Source: Podarcis gaigeae (lineage: Eukaryota). Taken from it: a DNA stretch of 64,000 nucleotides. The stretch lies in assembly GCA_964106915.2 (NCBI GenBank), contig OZ066919.1; one strand, given 5' to 3'. The notes under the pieces were generated by a model. That model made no database searches and had not been told where the DNA came from. It saw nothing but the letters and a program-made list of their open reading frames with translations. The position numbers and the translations under genes are program-made. This document shows positions 11,401-23,957 of this stretch, piece after piece; position 1 is the stretch's first letter; every line of letters starts with the position of its first letter.

Positions 11401-14400
11401 TATCTTGCTGCTGGAAAGATTGTTACAATTTGGGGGAACTGGTACACTATCAAACAGGAGCAGTGTTATGTTTTTGCAATTAAAATTGTAAAATAAAGAC
11501 TCTTACAAGTTCTTGGGATTTAGTGGGATACACATTTTTTAAGACAGCCTTAAATTTGAGTCCTCAAAGTTGAGATACTTCAAGTTAGCATACAGCTATC
11601 AAGTTAGAATAGTGTTATTTTAGAATTTTGCTGCTTGAAGTCTCAAGAAGTTCTTCCCTACTTGTCCTTCCGCTGGCAGGTGAAGGATCATCTTATTTCT
11701 GAAGGCTTTTAGGAACTATCTATTTCCAAGGAAAGGGCTAGTGCTGTGATTTTATTATAGTTGCTATTATCTGTATTTTAGTAGATCTTTTTATATATAT
11801 TGTTTAATTTTATTAGTGTTTAATTAGTTTTAAATGATTTTTAAAATTGTAGATTATAATTAATTAATTCCAGACAAGCTGCGATCTGGAGGCCACCTTT
11901 AAGCCATGTTTTCCCACTTGTGTGAAAGAAAGTTCAAAGTGGTTGTGCACAAATGTGTGAAGCTCTGGTTTATAAAGCCACAAAATGTACAGAGCAGGTC
12001 AAGAACACAGCATTGTTTTAACTGAAATGGGATTGTTAGCCAATTGTCAGCCAATCCAATCATGCTTTGTATATGAAAATAGTAATAGGTCAATTAGTTT
12101 GAAACTTCTTAATGAAACTTCAGATACCATAGTTATTATGCCTTTGGACCATTTGCTGCATATAAAAAGTCAGAAGTGTTGTTAAAAATAAAGCATTATG
12201 CATAGACCCTGAAAGTTTTTGCTGCAAAGTAGTAAATAGAAAAAGCCTTTTAGGCAGGTTAAGGCAACCCCCTCAGGTAGCAAATGTTGGCATATTCACA
12301 AGTGGAGTCAAATTTTCATTTATTTGGTTTGTTCTTATCAGCGTTATATTTTCTGCTGCAGGCAGCAAAATATCTTGGGCTACCTCTGTAGTAAGATACT
12401 ACTTAAGGTTGACAAAGCAAAGTCCACCTCTTTATTAACACTCTAATCCCATAATCCTTGCTTTGTGTGGTCTTTGCTTAGGTAGACTGGAAGAGAATAG
12501 CCTTTTCGTTTATTCAGTTGCTTAGAAAATGGGAAAGTACAGGACAAATGACAGGTTAGAATGCTAAAAAAGTCAAATATTAAATTCAAACATTAATTTT
12601 GACACACACACACCTGTGTGTGTCTGTGTGTGTGTGTTGTGACTTGATTCTATTTCTACTTTACCTTGTATTTAACTTTTGAATACTATGTTGAGTTTGA
12701 AAGTAGATTTTTTTAAAAAACATTTTTTAAAAACAATTATAGCTCATTAACAATTTATGTAGTAATGTTGTTGGGCATATACATATGTTTTTGTTGAGGG
12801 TGTGTTACTCCAGATGGCTTCCCAATGTGGCACAAAGGGCTGTGTTTGGGAAGGAAAATCAACAACCTCCTCTCCAGCAAGAAGTAGTTTTTTCTGCTGG
12901 CATCTACTGTTCTTTAGATCCCATTCTCAATTTTTTAAAGGATTCAATCTAGCTGAAGACCCGAATTTCTGGAAATAAGTTCTGCGGGTGAAAAGTGAAC
13001 ATATGATTAGCTGTACCATTTTGAAAGCAATGGAGCTTTGTATTTACTTTAAAAAAGAGCACCACCTATCTAAATCTGGCACTGGGAGTCAGATTTTTGT
13101 GACTCTGAAGTTTAATGTTGGCCATGAGACCAACTAGTGTTTCTGGATTTTGGCAGCCTTTTGATAAAACAGGTTAATACTTGAAAACCTTAACCTATGC
13201 AGTAGAGCTTTTTTTTTTTTTTACTTGAAAGCAAGTAGCAGTTCAAAGTCTAAATAAGCTGTTCAAAAATAGTAAGAGTACAAGCCTGCCCACAGAGGAC
13301 ACCCTACATGCATGAATATACAGCAGTTGGGGCTACTGGGGTCAGTGGGAGGGAGATCTGTAAACTTCTGTGTCCCCATACAGCCCTTCTCTGCTTGCTG
13401 CATGGTCTGGTGGATCAATAACTTATATCAAGGTGAGAGAGAGAGGATTGGATGAAGATACTGAAGACATGCACAGACCTCTCATTCACCCTGATGGATT
13501 GCTGTGCTTCATGTGCTTCCTTAGGGAGAGAAAAACAGGACTCTGAAATCTTGGAAATGCTATATGTATAACTGACAGAATTGTTCTATAAGTTGTTGGC
13601 TAAAAATATATATATAAAATGGAACGGTGTTATACTATATGACAGTTGATGACTGACTACCGTTGTGTGGTGCCGATAATACTATAAAAATGTGAGTGAA
13701 GAACTGTGAGGAAATGCAAACTGCTTACAGTTTGAACGTAGATAGCTACTTAAATAAGCTTTGTTCCTTAATGGAGCTTCAAAATGGCTTTCTGTTTATT
13801 TTGCATTAGAATTTCTGAACACTCCACATCAGGTAAACAAAATTCCAGAAATCACTCCTTGGTAATAGCACTCATTTTTAAAAGCCTAATTTTAGAGAGA
13901 AGTTGCTAAATTGGATATTATATTGCTTAGCTTGCCTAAATGCATCTGGGTTGGATGAGACTGGAATATTAAGGCATATAAAATTCAAGAAGTTAAAGGA
14001 ATGAGGCATAGAACATTTTGAAATTGATGAAAAGCAGCATTGTGGCAGTGCTTCCTCCCCAGTGGAGAGTTGCTCCGTAAATTTAAATGTGAATGTGGAA
14101 GAACTGGCTTGCTGGTGTTTGACAAGTTGCCTTACTGAAATACTGAATTGCTTGAGGAAAACTAAGAATAAGGCATTTTTCAAGGATAAACCATAGTTGA
14201 CAGCACATATCTCTTGCTGTATCTTAAAAACCCTTAAATATTGGTGTTACATTTTGGTTGAAGTAATGGTCGCATGGTACTCAAGACTGAATTCCACAGT
14301 GTGAGAAAAGGAGACACCTGTTGATCCAGTGTACTCAAATCATTGAAATTTCCATATTCGGAAGATGCTTGCAACAATAAGTTCCTAAACTCGCAGCTAC

Positions 14401-17400
14401 AAATCTGCAGCATAGAAGTGCTGTGGTGTTTATAAACCTGTTGGCCTGTAGCTGTCCCACATAAATATTGTAATGAGTTTTTCACTCAGTGAGAGAAGTA
14501 AACATGACAGTTCTGAACAGCTTCAGGTACATTTTAAGAGATGGAATGGCAGACCTTCCTAGGATCACATTTATGCCACCTTGGGTTCCATGTAGGAAGA
14601 AAGGTTTATTTCTAATTTATATGTAAGAAATAAATTGTATTGCATAAAAAAAATAAATTCCCAGAGATAATTGGTCAGTTACAGGTTGCTTTTTTATAAG
14701 GTCTTCTTTTGATATGTGAGTCAAGATAATATAATAGGATCTTATTTTGCAGTAATCAGTGTTACATGTTAATCATCTCTTCTATGCATTGACAACACAT
14801 AACTTTGGTTCTCAAAGCATTGCACAGGCTACCCATACACTTCTGGGCCAGATTCAGAGTTCTTGCATTAATTTACAAGGCCCTAACAACTTGGGTCCAG
14901 GATACCTCAAGGACTGTCTAAACCAGGCTTCCTCAAACTCGGCCCTCCATATGTTTTGAGACTACAATTCCCATCATCCCTGACCCTAGTGGTCAGGGAT
15001 CATGGAAGTTGCAGGCTGAAAACATCTGGAGGGCCAAGTTTGAGGAAACCTGGCCTAAACCCTTACATCCCTGCCCAATCACTAAGGTTGAAGAGCAGGC
15101 TGGTCCAACTTTTCATACCAAGTGGACTGTAAGTGTACTTTGACACTGTCTTGTGCTGCACACCAGGGGCGGAGAGGCCAAAATTTGACACCCTGCCCAC
15201 ATTCTGACTTTTCAAAGCCAGGAAAGTGAGGCACCGAGATTGGAAGGATAACTAGGCCTGACTTAACTTGACTTTGGAAAGGCAGCACAAGTGTTGCTGG
15301 GGCCTGGGGGAATGCCAGCCAAACTTCAAGGAAGCAACTATTAGTGGTCTCCCGGGGCTCAGAAACATTGTACTCATGAGAATCTCTGTGTTCAGCATTG
15401 TCGCCCAGTTTTGTGGAACTCCCTTCCGGTTGAGTTCAGTTGAATTTGCAGTCCCTACCAATGCTTTTAAAAAAATTTCAATAGGACTTTTGATTAAGGT
15501 CTAGATTTAATGTTTTAACTGTTTAAAAATCTTTTTTCCATAATTTATGTGCATCCCTTTTAAATGTTTGCAGTTAAGCAGTACATAAATTGTGTAAAGA
15601 AATAATTCATAAATGTTCAGAAGCAGCTTTTGAGCACCAGCTGTGTAGAAAAGGCAGTTACAATGCCTGTGAATATTTAGAGGCATCTATCTGGCTGCTG
15701 TAGACGCATATTGCTGGACTAAATGGTCCTTTTATCTGATCCATCAATGCATTGGTCTTTGAGTGGATATTTTCCCTCTTATTGCATTGCAGTTATCTGT
15801 ACAGTGGGTTACATACACTTCAGGTTACAGATTCCGCTAACCCAGAAATATTACCTTGGGTTAAGAACTTTGTTTCAGGATGAGAACAGAAATTGTGCAG
15901 CGGCGGCACAGTGGGAGGCCCCATTAGCTAAAGTGGTACTTCAGGTTAAGAACAGTTTCAGGTTAAGAACGGACCTCCGGAACGAATTAAGTACTTAACC
16001 CGAGGTACCACTGTACTGCTGTTTTGCTGGTTTCGTTATTGATGGATTTTGTGGTTTTACTTTATGATTTTAATATAATTTGTACTTGTTATAATTGGGA
16101 TAGTTTTGTAGTGTGCCTTTGGACCCTTTGCTGGACAAATAAACATTAAACATTTTCATGATCAGCAGACTTTCTTGCACTTAGGCTGAACTTCATTGGC
16201 TAATTATAATCTTGTACAGAACTCCCTTATGTCTACTAATAACTGGACAACTGAGTAACTCCAAGTTACCCAAACCTAAAACTGCTCAGGCTTCTAAATA
16301 AATTTTTGGTAGGTGTATACAGCTTTGTGTTTTGCCTTGTGAAATAAGCTCACTAGTGTGTTGGCTGCAAATAAAAAATTGAAAATGTCTATTAAAAGTT
16401 TGTTAACCTCATTTATACAAACAAATCTTCCACTTGTTAATGCAATTAAATGTGTTGGAAGTGATTCTCATTTCATATAATACTTGTCAGCTTCCTATCA
16501 TTTTTTACACAATTGATTGTTAGATATATTTAATTCATGTGGAAAGGTAGGCTATTTCCAAAATGATCCACTCAATACTCAAGTAAAATATGTTCCAGTA
16601 ACTGAAAGTTCAAGTAAATAAAAGGATTAGAGCTTCCAGAAGTTTTCTTCCTGACAATAGGGCACTTATTGTTTGAGACTTAGGATGTTTTGATCTGGTA
16701 ATGTTATTACAAGGCAGCTTTTGACTTGGTGATAGTATGCTACAGCTAAAGGGAAGAGTGTATTTAGTACAGAAGACTTAAGTTTTCATTACTTTGGAAA
16801 GCCCTTGCCCCTCATGTCTTTTGTCATATGTGTCTGATATTGTCCATCTTTTGCCCTTGAGGGAATCATCCACACCTACCTTTCCTCTGCTCTTTCCAGG
16901 CATGGTCTGTTCTTTAAAAGTTCTGTTTCCAAATGCCCCCCTTTTTTTGCTCCGTGGCTTTCCCTGTGAAAACTCATTCTTTATAGCTCAATCAGAGCCT
17001 TTGCAAACCTGATCTTAGGGTCAATTTAAACATTTATCAGAATTGGGTGGTAAAACTTTTCCTGGATAGTTATTTTGCAGCTGAGGGCAACACATGTTTG
17101 AATGCCTTCCATATAAAGTACATACATCCACTCACCCATCCACACAAAACCTAGCGTTCTAAGGAAAGGTGTTCAACCGCAGCTATCTCTATTTTATGCT
17201 AACTTGCTTTGTGCAGGTAAAGGTAAAGGGACCCCTGACCATTAGGTTCAGTCAAGGCCGACTTTGGGGTTGCGGTGCTCATCTCGCTTTATTGGCCGAG
17301 GGAGCTGGCGTACAGCTTCTGGGCCATGTGGCCAGCATGACTAAGCCACTTCTGGTGAACCAGAGCAGCGCATGGAAACGCCGTTTACCTTCCTGCCGGA

Positions 17401-20400
17401 GCGGTACCTATTTATCTACTTGCACTTTTGACGTGCTTTTGAACTGCTAGGTTGGCAGGAGCAGGGACCGAGCAACGGGAGCTCACCCCATCACGGGGAT
17501 TCGAACCGCCGAACCTCTGATCGGCAAGTCCTAGGCTCTGTGGTTAAACCCACAGTGCCACCCGTGTCCCATTTTGTGCAGGTAGGAGAACATTAAAATA
17601 TGCAGCCTGAAGTAATAGAGTATTAAGAAAAGCAGTGTCTCCCAAGTTTTGATCCCAGCTGGTCCTGGGGTCTCTTAGCTACAGATGCCAGTTATATAAC
17701 CTGGGATATTGCTTATACATGCAAAGCATTAACTGTATACTATAAGCTGCTAAGTTGTGGCTGTGCTACTGCAACCAAATAGGTGACTCTATAGAAGCTC
17801 CATTCACTATTAGTACTATAAGTTTCCAAATTATTGTCCAGATTTCATTGTTTCAGTGTTTGCAACAAAAAGGCAAATCTTTTGGTATTGTCAAGATTAT
17901 TTTGTGTTATAACAGCAAAACTTCAAAGTGAGTCAGTACCTTCGAAGCAAGGCAGAATTACATCATAGAATTACAGCTATGTCCTCCTTTTGCAAAAGAG
18001 AGCAACAGATCCCTGACTGGTTTGAGCCCACCATTTAAAGGACATTGAGCCTGTTATTGCTGCAAAGCACTAGGCTCTTGTGAGCTGCAAGCATGTGTCA
18101 TGCAAAAAGAGGCAAGGAGCGATGTCCAGCAGATTGCCAGACAATTTGCCAGCAACTGTTGGCCAAAGCCCCTGGATAGGACAGGATCCCAACAGACGTG
18201 CTGAAAGCCGGCTTCAGTTCCTTCCTCATGATACACCTCCACAGCCACCTCTTGCAGTGTTGAGAACAAGGATCCGTGCCACAAGACATGTGCGACTCCA
18301 GCATTGTGACCCTCTAAAAGAGCAAATGTTACTTCCATGACTATAACTACCATGGAATCTCCCTGTTGAGTACTGTGGGGAAAGCCTTTGCTTGTGTAGA
18401 TCTCAACATATTACAGTCACTCATTAGCAGGGTCCTTTCCCAAGTCAATGTGTCTTTAGAGCTCAGAGGTCAACATGATTTTCTCATTGCATCAGCTACA
18501 GGAGAAATGCTAAGAGTAGAGATGTCCCTTGTATGTTGCCTTCATAGACCTGATGAAGGCTTTTGACCTCTTCAGCCACTAATCAGCAAGACATTCCCAG
18601 TATGTCTTGCTGATCCTGTCTCAGCGACATCTAGGCTGGCTTGGTCATGTCAACAGAATAAAATATGGTAGGATCCCCAGGGATGTGCTCTATAGGGAGC
18701 TAGCTTCAGGCACAAGGCCTGTTACAAAAATGTCTGCACATAAGACATGAAGGCACATGGCAACTTCAACCCTGCCATGTGGGAATCCCTTGCAGATGAC
18801 TACAGTGCCTGGAGACAATCAGATTGTGTATCCACAGCAGTGACCAGAGGAGGAATGACCATTGGGAGGAGCATAGGAAGAATAAACACCATGGTGCATC
18901 TGCAGCAGCACAACTGGACACCTTCATCTGCCCCCGCTGCAAGAAAACATGTCTCTCCCATATCAGTCTCTGCAGCCACAGCAGACGCTGTAACTCTCAA
19001 ATGGTTTTACTTCACCCTCAAAAGTGCACTCCTCTATTGTCTCTGAGACACAATGGTGAGAAGCGTGAAAGGGTTGCTGAAAGGAAATTTGCACATTTCA
19101 TACACATTGCATTTTGCACACGTAATCGTGCAGGTACATACTTCAACTTAATATTCCTCATGGCTTTCACCTCATGTACACATGATGTGAGACTTCCAGT
19201 TTGAAACTTCTCAAAGTTATTTTGAAGCATTTTTTTCAAATAGAACATCTTGATGCCAGCAACTATTTGGGGGTTTTCAGTCACTTTTATTCCAAAATCT
19301 AGATACAGCTACTATTTATACATAACACATTAGTCAAAATAGTCAGCTATTCAGTTTGATATTGTGGTATTACAAAATAACTAAATGTTTTTAACTATAA
19401 TGTGGATTTTTATACAGAAGGCCAGTTATAATAAAGCACCAATTTCCAGATCCAGGTAGACTTTCTAAAACAAATTCATTATTTATTGATGGTTTTCTGC
19501 ATAGTGTAGCTTTTATGCATGTGAGACAGAAATATGTACGTACATCTTCAGATTTGTTTCCCCCCCCCTCCAGTGAAAATAAAAGAAACACTCTTTTCCT
19601 TGCTTAGGATTCCTTTCCATTTTAGTTCCATTAGTATTCAGTAATGTGCAGCTAATAGTTAGTGTTTTCATGACTCTCCATTAATCTAAAAGTATTTATA
19701 GCATTATTTGTATCATTTGTACAGGAAAAGAATGCAGGTGGCTTTCTGGTCAATTTTGTTGTGAGTGTATGTTCCCTAATTTTCTAGAGAACATTCAGTA
19801 TAGTGTAGTGTGTTCTTTCCCTTGGGGAAATTGTGTGATGAGTTAAACTTGGATTTTTTCCAATAGTTGCAGATCTGTGTGTCAGACAGCAGCAACACAA
19901 TTCATTGTTTGATCATTTTTGCTAAGTCTGCAATGTTCATTGGGGAGTTTCAAATGCAGAATCAACCTGGATTGTTTTATGTATTTTGTACTTTAAAGGA
20001 TCTGCTAATTACTTTATTTGTCCCAGTGCTATTTTAGTTATTAGAAAAATTATATTTCCATGTTTTAATATTTTCAAGCATCTAGTTTCAGCGTGTTTGT
20101 TCTTCCTTTTAAATATTGATTTATAATGTCAAACTTTATCCCCCCCCCATGTCTAGGTTGGGGTCGGGGAGAGAAAATTGAGGTGCTGTGACTTGGACTA
20201 TATTGAACATTTCAACTTTGTAATAACTAAATTAGAATTAAAATTTGAAGGTTTACATTAAAAATCTCAAACGTTCAGAGAGGATGTGCATTTATGGTAG
20301 AGATTTTCATCTATACCTATACCTATCTCTTCCTATACCTGGCTCCCTGTGATACAAGTTTGTCAATGTGCTCTTAAATTAGAAAATAGGTTGCAATGCA

Positions 20401-21194
20401 GCATGGCTGACTGATCAGGTGCAGAGAGTAAGAAAGGTTCTCTGAATCAGGACATACCATATTTTCCCGTGTATAACCCCTACCCCCGTGTATAAGACTT
20501 CCCCCTATCTCCGTCCCTCTGGGGGGACATTGCTCACCCCTGCCTGACCAACACTGCTAAATGAACACGGTGCAGAAGCCGCCAGTTGCCTGCCCAATTG
20601 CAGCTACAGCAACCAATCGACAGCAACACTTGCCGCAGCCACCAATCAGCCACCCTATCATCGCTGACAATCTCCTGCTCGTGGCACAAACCAATCCCCT
20701 GTCCCCACTCTGCACTATCCATGTATAAGACGAGTCCCAATTTTAAAAGGTATATTATCATTAAAAAACCCTCATCTTATACACAGAAAAGTATGGTAGA
20801 TCTGAAAGTGACAGACATGGCTGTGAAGTAAGTGGCTTTGAGTTCAATTTCATCCACACATCCACCACTGGTTTAGAGGCGATAACTCTATAATCTTGTT
20901 TATGCATACTTGCTATTCCCACAATATGACAGGGAGAGAGATTTTGGGTTTACAGTTAAAAATCAATTCAATGTGAACCAATAGTTTTGGGCTGGGGATC
21001 AAAAACCCTATTTATTTTTAGGTTACATTAATGAGAACATGATTTCTGAAGTGTTATTGCACCCAAGCCTGGTAAGATCATATTGAGAGTAGAGCTCTTA
21101 TGTAGGCACTAGAAATGAGAAAAGTCAGAGATGCAAAAGCAGTGGCCATTTGTTTTCAGGTCAGGGGACACATTGACCCATGGTCAACCCTGGG

Positions 21195-21228
<34 letters not shown>

Positions 21229-23921
21229 AAGTGCAAAATTAGGTGAGGCAAAAGTGTAAAAGTGGGTATGGTGAGAACTGCAGTTCTCAAGTCTACCTTC
21301 TCAGAGGCTTTTCCAGCAACGATTCTACATTATATTTGAATCATTTTTATTATTCATTATTAATTTGGTAAAAATATTTTTAAAGAACTAATTTACAGGG
21401 GGTCTTGGACTCACACCCTTTTGACATCATCCATGGGTGATAGATTGTTTGAGTCTCATAAACAGTGTCTAGCAAAAGAAGACCTGGCTTATACAACAGT
21501 GCTTTTCTCAACTGCATGTAATGTAATTGAAACTGACTTGGCAGGAAGTTGTGTTGAAGCTGACAAGCTTGATTATGGAACTTTATTTTGTGTTTGGATG
21601 GGCGGAATCTATTAACTGTGAGGCCATTATTGTAAGTTAATATTTGTTAGACAAAGGTATTCCAATTGGAAAGCAGGTAAATTGTGTGTTTAACAACAAC
21701 TTGGGGCTTCTGTGTCTGAAACTGGAAAATAATTGCAGCATCTCAACAAGTTTTTTAAGATTATCAACTGACATTTGATTCTTGCTATCTGATGTGTAAA
21801 ACCTTACTAAAATTTCATGATATTTTAACTGAAAAGGTCAAAGCCTTTCTAGTACACTACTTGTGTGGTAAAGCATTTATTGTTTTCTACATGATAATAT
21901 TTCCATAAAGGAATTATTTATGGGAAATGTTTTATACAGTATCGTAATGTTTCAGCTTCAAACATTGGAAGGCTGAATTGTTGTTCTAGGACCTGAATAT
22001 GTGGAAATTTATTCAGAGGTGGAATTTTCACCATCCTGTTCCTCCCTGGCTTACTCTAATAAAGTAGTTTTGTCTTTTTTGCTTGTGATTTTTCTGTTGA
22101 AGTTTCATTCAGGAAGGCCATCGTTTTGCCTTGCTAAATCTAGACTTGTGAATAAAAGAAAGGGTTATGGTGCCAAAGCAAATTGGAATGCAGGTAAAGT
22201 TTCAAAACTAGAATTTCTGTATTGCAGATATTTCCTCAAATTCCCATTTGTTTTAGCTATGCCCATAATTTGTTTCATTCAGGAAGATATTTTATCGTGC
22301 TGTGTTTAATTTTGTCTGGCTGAACAGGTTAAAGTTGTTGGTTGTAGTGCAGGTCTAGTTTTTTCCATACTAGTTATTACATATAAATTATTATTTACAC
22401 TGTTCTTCAATGCATAGTATTATAAGCCAATAACAGTAAAACAGTCTGATTCTAAAACAGTAAGTTCCTCAATATGCATAATTATATTTCTTATCCCATG
22501 TCAAGACATGGCAGGAGTCGGTATGGTTGCACCTGCAGAGACCCATGGCCTAGGAGAAGCCCTACCACTGACCAAAGACAGTGGGACGATATCACAATTA
22601 TTGATGAGTGAAATGGCAGGTGAAAGCAGAGCAAACAAATAATAATAGTAATAAAAATAATAAAAATATTTTATTATTATTAATAATAATACCCCACCCA
22701 TCTGGCTGGGTTTTCCCAGCCACTGAATATTAAAAACAATACAGCATCAAACATTAAAAACTTCCCTAAACAGTTGTCTTTTAAAAGTAAAATAGTTGCT
22801 TATTGCAACTATTTTGCAATATACTATTGCAATAGTTGCTTATTATCCAGAGATTTATGCTTTGATACTAGTTCTAGGCCTCTTTTCAATGAGAAATGGA
22901 GGCAAAGCAACTATGGAATTATGAGTGGCTGAACTTTAGGAAAACTGGGAGTTGGGTCAAATGTCTACCCTCCATGGAGGTGACCTTGGGGAAAGAGGTT
23001 CTCCTGTTGGATATGGGGTACCCCCAAAACAGGTTTGCCAAGGGCATCCCTTCCAAACAACTCAATAGGCCAAACAATAGAGAAACACTATCTTACCTAA
23101 ATTCAGTATGTCAATTTTTGCCTGCCCCCTCAGTTTGACCTGTGGCATCCTTTGAAAGCAGCCCGAAAGGCATTGCAATAGGTGTTTGAAGAACATAATA
23201 AGATTCTGCAGTATCAAACCAATGGCCCATTTAGTCCAATATCCTCTTCTCATAGTGGACAACCAGATGCCCATGGGAAGCTCAAAACCAGGACCTGAGT
23301 GTAACGGCATCCTCCCAACTTGCAATTTCTATAGGGGGCTGGTTTGAGGAAGTCTGCTTGACTGGGAATTCTCCCTTCCTCCAAACATTAGCAGGATACT
23401 CTTTAGGGCAAAAGGGTACTTGCAGGGGTTGGGTTGAAGTAGTTGTTCAAAGCAGGGCATAGCCAGGGTTCTTGCTCTGGTTTTAATCAGAACTGCAGAG
23501 AATTATTGAGCTTCTGATACTTGCATTTCCCTTTGAGGTGAGCAAAATGAGCTCAAGAAGCTCATTTTTGGGCCTTAGCCTGGTGGACCTTGCCAGTATC
23601 TGTTTACAAAAGCTTGTATCTGGATAGGCAGTTTTCACCATTATTGATTTTTTCCATTTAGCAGACACCGAGTAACTCTTGTTCGCTGTGTGATGTACAG
23701 AAACTTCTGAAAACAATTTAAAGTTAGGAAATCCATATAAAACAATTAAACATAATTCAGTAAAGCATTCAAGTTCTTTTTAACAATAACACTTTGCTGG
23801 TACTGCTTTTTAAGTCCCCTTTAGTAGGGCAACATGACTATCTGTGCCTTCCAAAATCCCTACTTCTACATATCTGCTGTACAAGAACCCTATTATTGAA
23901 TATATCCCCTTGAATATATAA

Positions 23922-23957
<36 letters not shown>

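Noticed and set aside
18824-19204. 126-aa ORF with CxxC...H..C zinc-finger-like motif
   Set aside because: C-terminal remnant of the RTE LINE running into flanking DNA, not a host gene
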